Assembly (NCBI GenBank): GCA_964464175.1
Contig: CAYXFD010000006.1
Coordinates: 2,893 to 66,892, forward strand
Origin: an uncultured Candidatus Cloacimonadota bacterium
Lineage (GTDB): Bacteria > Cloacimonadota > Cloacimonadia > Cloacimonadales > JAJBBL01
Direction of reading: 5' to 3'
Length of the DNA: 64,000 nt
This document shows, in pieces, positions 59,010-64,000 of this stretch (its first letter is position 1; every line of letters begins with the position of its first letter). Below the pieces are notes generated by a model. The model saw only the letters and a list, made by a program, of their open reading frames with translations. It searched no databases and was not told the origin of the DNA. Position numbers and translations under genes: made by a program.

Positions 59010-60323
59010 CTAAGCTTTTACTTTAAGCAATTCACCCCAGCAGGTTGTATAGCGGGGAGACAGCATTTCTCTTCTCATTTGCCACCCCTGTTTGATCCCG
59101 GCGCCGGCAAATGAGATAGCCTCCTGCCCCCATTTGCGGTTAATTCTGTCCATACAGTGCATGATCTGAGAACGGCGGTCCTGGGGATAAGAGGTTTCGA
59201 AGAGATCGAGAGGAGCTTCTTCTTCAGGAATGATATCCGTTAACATCACACCGACTTTTTTATATCTGTACCCCTCACGATAAATCTCATCTAAAATCCT
59301 GCCTGCTGTTTTCATAAAATCAGGGGGATAAGCTGAATATCCGGAGAGCTTTAGTTCCCGGTAATTAGCATATTGAGGCTCATTTTTAAAGGGATTAGTT
59401 GTTAAATAGACCAATATTCTACGGGCGAGTGAGCCCTGTTGTCGTAATTTAGCAACAGCGTTCAGGCAATATGAAGATGCTGCTTCCCGGATCTCTTCTC
59501 TCGACTCCACTATTTTGCCAAAAGACTTGGAGGAAACAATTCCTTTCTTCGGTTCGCTAACCTGTTCCAAAGAGAGACAGGATTTACCTCTTAACTCCTC
59601 TACTGTTCTGAGCCCGACAACTGTCATTTTATCTCTTATCCAGTCATCCGGTTTGAGGGTCAAGTCCCAGGCGGTAAAAATACCCTCTCTTTTCAGCATC
59701 TTGGCATAACGATAACCTATACCCCAGATATCGGCCACGGGAGTATGCTGCAGAATATGGTTCCGTAATTTTTCATCTATGATTGTAAAAACACCATCTT
59801 TATCTTTTCCTGGAACCACGTACCTTCTGTCATTTTTTTTGGCTATTTTATTGGCAACCTTACATAAGGTTTTGGTCGGTGCTATCCCTACAGAAATGGG
59901 GATACCGGTACATTGACGAATAGTGTTTCTGATTTTTTCTCCAAAACTGTCGGTATCTGTGATATTAAGACCCGCTAAGGAAAGAAAAGCTTCGTCTATG
60001 GAATAGACTTCGATCTCCGGGCTGAAATGAGAGAGCAGAGACATAACCCGGAAGGACATATCTCCATAGAGGGCGTAGTTAGAAGAGAAAATTGTTACCT
60101 TATGTCTCTTCAATAGATGTTTAATCTTGAAATAGGGGACACCTCTTTCTACCCCAAGAGCTTTCAGTTCAGGTGATAGAGCTACAATACAACCATCATT
60201 ATTAGAAAGAATCCCAACGGGAAATCCTTCTAACTCCGGTCGAAAAGCTCTCTCACAAGAGACATAGAAATGATTGCAATCTATCAGAGCAAATAGCTCC
60301 TGATCATTCTTGCCTTGTAACAC
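59010..60323 (-). CDS. umuC: Y-family DNA polymerase (UmuC-like, Pol V catalytic subunit)
   Basis: 437 aa. ALIDCNHFYVSCERAFRPELEGFPVGILSNNDGCIVALS aligns with the E. coli UmuC N-terminus. GTG start immediately after an in-frame stop. Confidence 0.88.
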   Translation of the reverse strand: MLQGKNDQELFALIDCNHFYVSCERAFRPELEGFPVGILSNNDGCIVALSPELKALGVERGVPYFKIKHLLKRHKVTIFSSNYALYGDMSFRVMSLLSHFSPEIEVYSIDEAFLSLAGLNITDTDSFGEKIRNTIRQCTGIPISVGIAPTKTLCKVANKIAKKNDRRYVVPGKDKDGVFTIIDEKLRNHILQHTPVADIWGIGYRYAKMLKREGIFTAWDLTLKPDDWIRDKMTVVGLRTVEELRGKSCLSLEQVSEPKKGIVSSKSFGKIVESREEIREAASSYCLNAVAKLRQQGSLARRILVYLTTNPFKNEPQYANYRELKLSGYSAYPPDFMKTAGRILDEIYREGYRYKKVGVMLTDIIPEEEAPLDLFETSYPQDRRSQIMHCMDRINRKWGQEAISFAGAGIKQGWQMRREMLSPRYTTCWGELLKVKA

Positions 60324-60497
60324 TTATCTCATCCTGCCATATTCCAATTCTGTTAAACTAACCTCATTGCTCAACTGCCGGCTTCCGGATTTTTTACAGT
60401 TAGCCTTTCTGGCACCAACCCAGTAGCGGCTGCCGGCAAAATTTCTTCAAAAATTCTCTTGGGACCAATCTATCCGGACGATATTGTTGATACAAAG

Positions 60498-60956
60498 TCA
60501 AACTTTATGGATAACATAAGTCACCACACCCCAGATAGTCATATCCATCCACTCTTCGACCTGCAATGAAGGATAGTCCCTGTTTTCAGGTACCAGGAGA
60601 TATTTCCCTTTTATAATCTTCAATCTCTTAACAGTAAGCTCTCCGTCAATAAAGGCGATAACTATCTTGTTATGGGAGGCTTCCAAAGAACGGTCAACGA
60701 TCAGAATATCATCTTGATGGATCCCGGCATCAATCATAGAGTTACCTTCCACCCGGACAAAATATGTCGAAGCGGGATGAGAGATCAAATATTCATTCAG
60801 ATCGAGCGAATCTTCAATATAATCCTGAGCCGGAGACGGGAAACCGGCTGGGATCTTCATTCCGATCAGAGGGCGCAGAATTTTTTTGGCGGGGTCAAAC
60901 CGGTAAACTGTCTTGATACTGTTATCTGTTTTTAACCTGCAATCATCTTTACTCAT
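60498..60956 (-). CDS. umuD: UmuD-like S24 self-cleaving peptidase (Pol V accessory subunit)
   Basis: 152 aa. Cleavage-site region KIPAGFPSPAQDY (Ala-Gly), Ser nucleophile VEGNSM, and general-base Lys in GELTVKRL. Collinear with E. coli UmuD. Confidence 0.85.
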   Translation of the reverse strand: MSKDDCRLKTDNSIKTVYRFDPAKKILRPLIGMKIPAGFPSPAQDYIEDSLDLNEYLISHPASTYFVRVEGNSMIDAGIHQDDILIVDRSLEASHNKIVIAFIDGELTVKRLKIIKGKYLLVPENRDYPSLQVEEWMDMTIWGVVTYVIHKV

Positions 60957-61235
60957 CTATGTTTTACTCCCTGTTCATTTCTAATTCAAAGAGAAGAAAT
61001 TAACTGCAATTTAGTCAAGCAGTCTTTTCAACTTCTAACCCTGGTAACTTCTTACTTTGTTATTGAATCGAGTCATATTATTGTTTATCATCGCGAGTGT
61101 TTCCGCAGGCAATCTAATATCTAAGAGCGATTCTGAGCCGAAATCCTTTAGTTACCACCCTAACTGTTAAAGAAAGAAGCAGTTTAAAAGGCTATAGAGA
61201 AAGGGTATGAGTGAAATATACCACATCAAAAACGC

Positions 61236-61273
61236 AAGCAGAAAAACTTTGGCATATATTTTGCTTCTTTTTT
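61236..61273 (+). promoter_or_regulatory. weak terminator-like hairpin plus T6 in the leader of the 61442 gene
   Basis: AAGCAGAA (61236-61243) pairs with TTTTGCTT (61259-66, including one G-U), then C and T6. It lies about 170 nt upstream of the ATG. Confidence 0.25.
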
Positions 61274-61441
61274 ACTATTGCAGACTTTTTATCAAGGTAA
61301 GATATTTATCCTGAAAGCAGCATTATTTAAAAAATAATGAATTGGCTTTTTTACGGGATTAAGAGGATTGACTGCCGGGAGGAACAGATGTTTATCTGTA
61401 CTCTGTCCAGGTACCATATTACAAAAAACGGGAGGAGTGTT

Positions 61442-63829
61442 ATGAAAAGGTTATTTTTAATCCTAACAGTTTTGACGATTTGCGCAGGAATAAGTCTGAA
61501 TTCCCAAACAGCAATTCCACCATCGGAAGGAGACGGCACAGAGAGTAATCCTTATCAGATTGCATCTTTGGCTAATCTTTACTGGATAAGTGAAGATATT
61601 GGTAACTGGGATAAGTCCTTTATCCAGACAGTCGATATTAATGCTTCGGAAACGATCGATTGGTTTGACGGGAACGGATGGAAACCTATTGGAGTGCCGT
61701 TTTATGACGAGATACCATATTCGGGACCACCCTTCACAGGAAGTTATGACGGACAGGATTTTGTTATCGACAGTCTCTTTATTTCCCGAAGTGGTGACGG
61801 AATTGGACTTTTCGGTGCGACCGAGGGGTCTGTTATTCAGAATGTCGGTTTGACTAATGTTTTTTTTGACGGCTATTTATGGAATACAGGAGGAATAGTC
61901 GGTGTCCATGCTTCCAATTCATTGATGAATAATTGTTATGTAACGGGTCAGATTACAGGAAAGAGCATAATTGGAGGCATTATCGGGCATAATAGTGATT
62001 CAACTGTCAACAGTTGCTACAGTGAAGTCGAGGTTATCGGAGAAAGTGATCTCGGCGGCTTGATTGGACATAATGAGTTAGCTTCTGTAGTCCAAAGCTA
62101 TAGCGAGAGTCTTGTCCGGGGATCTATGGGAATTGGAGGTTTAGTTGGGAGGAGCACTTTCTCTTCGATTATCGATAGCTACAGCACTTCCAACGTTGAA
62201 GTTCAGGGTTATGGAAGTAGTATCGGGGGATTAATAGGTTACAACGATGCTTCAATTGTAAACAATAGTTACTATGATTATGAAGCTGTTCTTTTGAATG
62301 GTGAACATGTCATAACAATAGGAGCTCTGGATAACGAGACTTTTACAGCCTGGCTCGGCAATAATCTGTCTCTGGATATCGCTGATTATTTCAGCTTTGA
62401 TGGAGAAGACTACCTGATTGGTTCCGAACAGGATTTCTGGAAGTTGCTGTTATTTGGTCAGTTTCCTGCCAATAGTTTCAAACTGACCTCCAATCTCGAT
62501 CTATCAGGCAGAGACAATATATTTATCCCTTATTTTACCGGCATTTTCTTGGGGAATGGACATACCATAATCAATTTTAATGCGGATTTTTCGGAGACTA
62601 ACTACTCCTCTATCGGTTTATTTGGTTCTACTTATGAAGCCGAGGTCAGAAATTTAAACCTGACCGGTTTTTCCGTTAAGGGGAAGGGTGATATCGGAGG
62701 TTTAACAGGAAGCAGCTATGACTCGAGTTTTCATAATATTCAGCTGTCTGGTATTGTTGAAGGTTCCTTTAATGCCGGAGGTTTAGCAGGAAGCGGAAAG
62801 CTGATTCATATTAAAGACTGTGAAAGCAACGTAAGTATATCGGGAATCGGCAAAGCAGGGGGTTTAGCAGGAGTTACTTACTTCAGTGAAATCGAAAACA
62901 GTTATAGCATTGGTAGTGTTTCGGGTAGTAACTGGATAGGTGGCTTAGCGGGAATGATTGATGGTCAAACTATTGTTCATAACTGTATTAGTAAAGGTGT
63001 AGTGCAAGGATCGAGTGCTGTAGGAGGGTTAATTGGTGAATCCGGGTTATCTTCAGTAGTGAGAAGCTTCAGCGAAGGAAATGTAGAGGGGGATGATACT
63101 GTCGGAGGTTTAATTGGTTATCTTTCTGAGAGTTATGTCTCTGATAGCTATAGTACAGGAGATGTTGATGCCACATCATACGCAGGAGGTTTAGTTGGTT
63201 TCGTTTTCTATTCGGATATTGCAAACTGCTACAGTCTGGGCAATGTCACCGGAGATTCTGCATCTGGTGGTTTAATAGGTTATAATTATGATTTCTTAGA
63301 CTCAGTAATCAGTAACAGTTATTGGAATACCGAGACTTCAGCTCAGTCATATTCTGAAGGGGGTGAGGGAAGGACAACAGAAGAGATGACCTATCCCTAT
63401 GCAGCGAACACTTATGCCGGCTGGAATTTTTCCGAAATATGGCAGGCTGACCCGGGTTATGATTGCAATTCCGGTTATCCGTTTCTTACAGAGATGCCCC
63501 TTTCAACAGAGGAAGAGGAAGAAGGGAATATTGTGGACGTAACCAAGACAGCAGTTTATCTCTATCCCAACCCCTTCAATCCGGAAACGACAATATTTCT
63601 GGCTTTAGCTGAAAAAGATATTAACAGACCTGTCACGGTTACGGTTTACAACATAAAGGGTCAGAGAGTAGCGGTTATTTTAGAAGACGAGATTGTCAGA
63701 GAAAACGAGCTTAAACTTGCCTGGAGAGGAAGTAATGATCAGGGTAAAGAGCTTTCTTCCGGTATTTATTTCGTTAGAATAGAAACTAACAGCAATACTA
63801 TCAGCCGTAAAATTACTCTGCTCAAGTAA
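61442..63829 (+). CDS. secreted GLUG-motif repeat protein with T9SS-type C-terminal domain (paralog of 33866-36865)
   Basis: The start at 61442 follows GGGAGGAG, although the ORF opens at 61337. Signal peptide MKRLFLILTVLTICAGISLNSQ. Many GGL[IV]G repeats. SYWNTETSAQSYSEGGEGR module. C-terminal domain at 63563-63826 (LYPNPFNPET...GIYFVRIE...KITLLK). Confidence 0.75.
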   Translation: MKRLFLILTVLTICAGISLNSQTAIPPSEGDGTESNPYQIASLANLYWISEDIGNWDKSFIQTVDINASETIDWFDGNGWKPIGVPFYDEIPYSGPPFTGSYDGQDFVIDSLFISRSGDGIGLFGATEGSVIQNVGLTNVFFDGYLWNTGGIVGVHASNSLMNNCYVTGQITGKSIIGGIIGHNSDSTVNSCYSEVEVIGESDLGGLIGHNELASVVQSYSESLVRGSMGIGGLVGRSTFSSIIDSYSTSNVEVQGYGSSIGGLIGYNDASIVNNSYYDYEAVLLNGEHVITIGALDNETFTAWLGNNLSLDIADYFSFDGEDYLIGSEQDFWKLLLFGQFPANSFKLTSNLDLSGRDNIFIPYFTGIFLGNGHTIINFNADFSETNYSSIGLFGSTYEAEVRNLNLTGFSVKGKGDIGGLTGSSYDSSFHNIQLSGIVEGSFNAGGLAGSGKLIHIKDCESNVSISGIGKAGGLAGVTYFSEIENSYSIGSVSGSNWIGGLAGMIDGQTIVHNCISKGVVQGSSAVGGLIGESGLSSVVRSFSEGNVEGDDTVGGLIGYLSESYVSDSYSTGDVDATSYAGGLVGFVFYSDIANCYSLGNVTGDSASGGLIGYNYDFLDSVISNSYWNTETSAQSYSEGGEGRTTEEMTYPYAANTYAGWNFSEIWQADPGYDCNSGYPFLTEMPLSTEEEEEGNIVDVTKTAVYLYPNPFNPETTIFLALAEKDINRPVTVTVYNIKGQRVAVILEDEIVRENELKLAWRGSNDQGKELSSGIYFVRIETNSNTISRKITLLK

Positions 63830-63869
63830 GAGTACGGCGAATTTCAGAGGGCTTTCTTTTTGCACGGAA

Positions 63870-63899
63870 GGGATGCGAGACAATTCGCATCCCCTTTTT
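63870..63899 (+). terminator. intrinsic terminator
   Basis: GGGATGCGA (63870-63878) pairs with TCGCATCCC (63885-63893), followed by C and T5. Confidence 0.85.
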
Positions 63900-63905
63900 A
63901 CAGGG

Positions 63906-63933
63906 TTGACATAATAACAGGATTGATTATATT
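63906..63933 (+). promoter_or_regulatory. sigma70-like promoter candidate
   Basis: TTGACA (63906-63911), a 16-nt spacer, then TATATT (63928-63933). It lies 18 nt upstream of an ATGATG preceded by AAGGA. Confidence 0.4.
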
Positions 63934-63950
63934 ATCCGTAAAAAGGAATA

Positions 63951-64000
63951 ATGATGAAAAAGTCACCAAAGCAAGTCAGTCTGGAAAAGCAGATAATGAC
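63951..64000 (+). CDS. 5' end of an unidentified ORF (truncated by window edge)
   Basis: The frame from the ATG at 63951 (MMKKSPKQVSLEKQIM...) stays open to the window end. Only 16 codons are visible. Confidence 0.3.
   Translation, partial: MMKKSPKQVSLEKQIM

Noticed and set aside
60957-61100. Search for a LexA/SOS box upstream of umuD (CTGT-N8-ACAG, GAAC-N4-GTTC, and other palindromes).
   Set aside because: Only a weak AT-rich inverted repeat (AAATT-N6-AATTT) is present, and no known box type matches. This lineage's LexA motif is unknown to me, so absence cannot be interpreted.

Overview
This 64 kb window looks like a mostly housekeeping chromosomal segment from an uncultivated-type Gram-negative bacterium. 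Three observations suggest an FCB-related lineage such as Cloacimonadota, though this is inference only: a recurrent ~80-aa C-terminal sorting domain (NYPNPFNPET...GIYFYR...KMLLIK), a UpxY-type NusG paralog, and a bS22-like micro-ORF.

I support about 47 CDS, 5 tRNAs and 4 clear intrinsic terminators. The tRNAs are Ser-CGA after tadA, then an array of Ser-UGA, Ser-GCU, Gln-UUG and Gln-CUG.

Core content:
- Metabolism and proteolysis: split transketolase, AhcY, two UDP-sugar dehydrogenases, and an M28 plus M16/M16 peptidase operon.
- Translation and RNA: GlnRS, GltX, uS15-PNPase, TadA, Era, RtcB.
- DNA and envelope: HU, HolA, UppP, a YibQ-like deacetylase, HflKC, NfeD-stomatin.
- Damage tolerance: UmuD-UmuC-SRAP.

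The accessory content is three islands holding five large secreted proteins with a T9SS-type C-terminal domain, which together span about one fifth of the window.

I found no rRNA, CRISPR array, transposase, integrase, prophage, toxin-antitoxin pair or recognisable defence system. I cannot defend any single locus as a complete new system. The best leads are:
- an alanine racemase fused to an unplaceable ~255-aa domain;
- a receiver-PilT fusion with a degenerate His box;
- an orphan 1389-aa double-activase/Cys-rich fusion sitting directly behind umuDC-SRAP;
- an unlisted 31-aa bS22-like ORF;
- a PNPase with an RS/RG/D-rich tail;
- several structured or repeat-bearing intergenic regions next to the surface-protein genes.

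All domain calls come from motif recognition by eye. No searches or folding computations were run.
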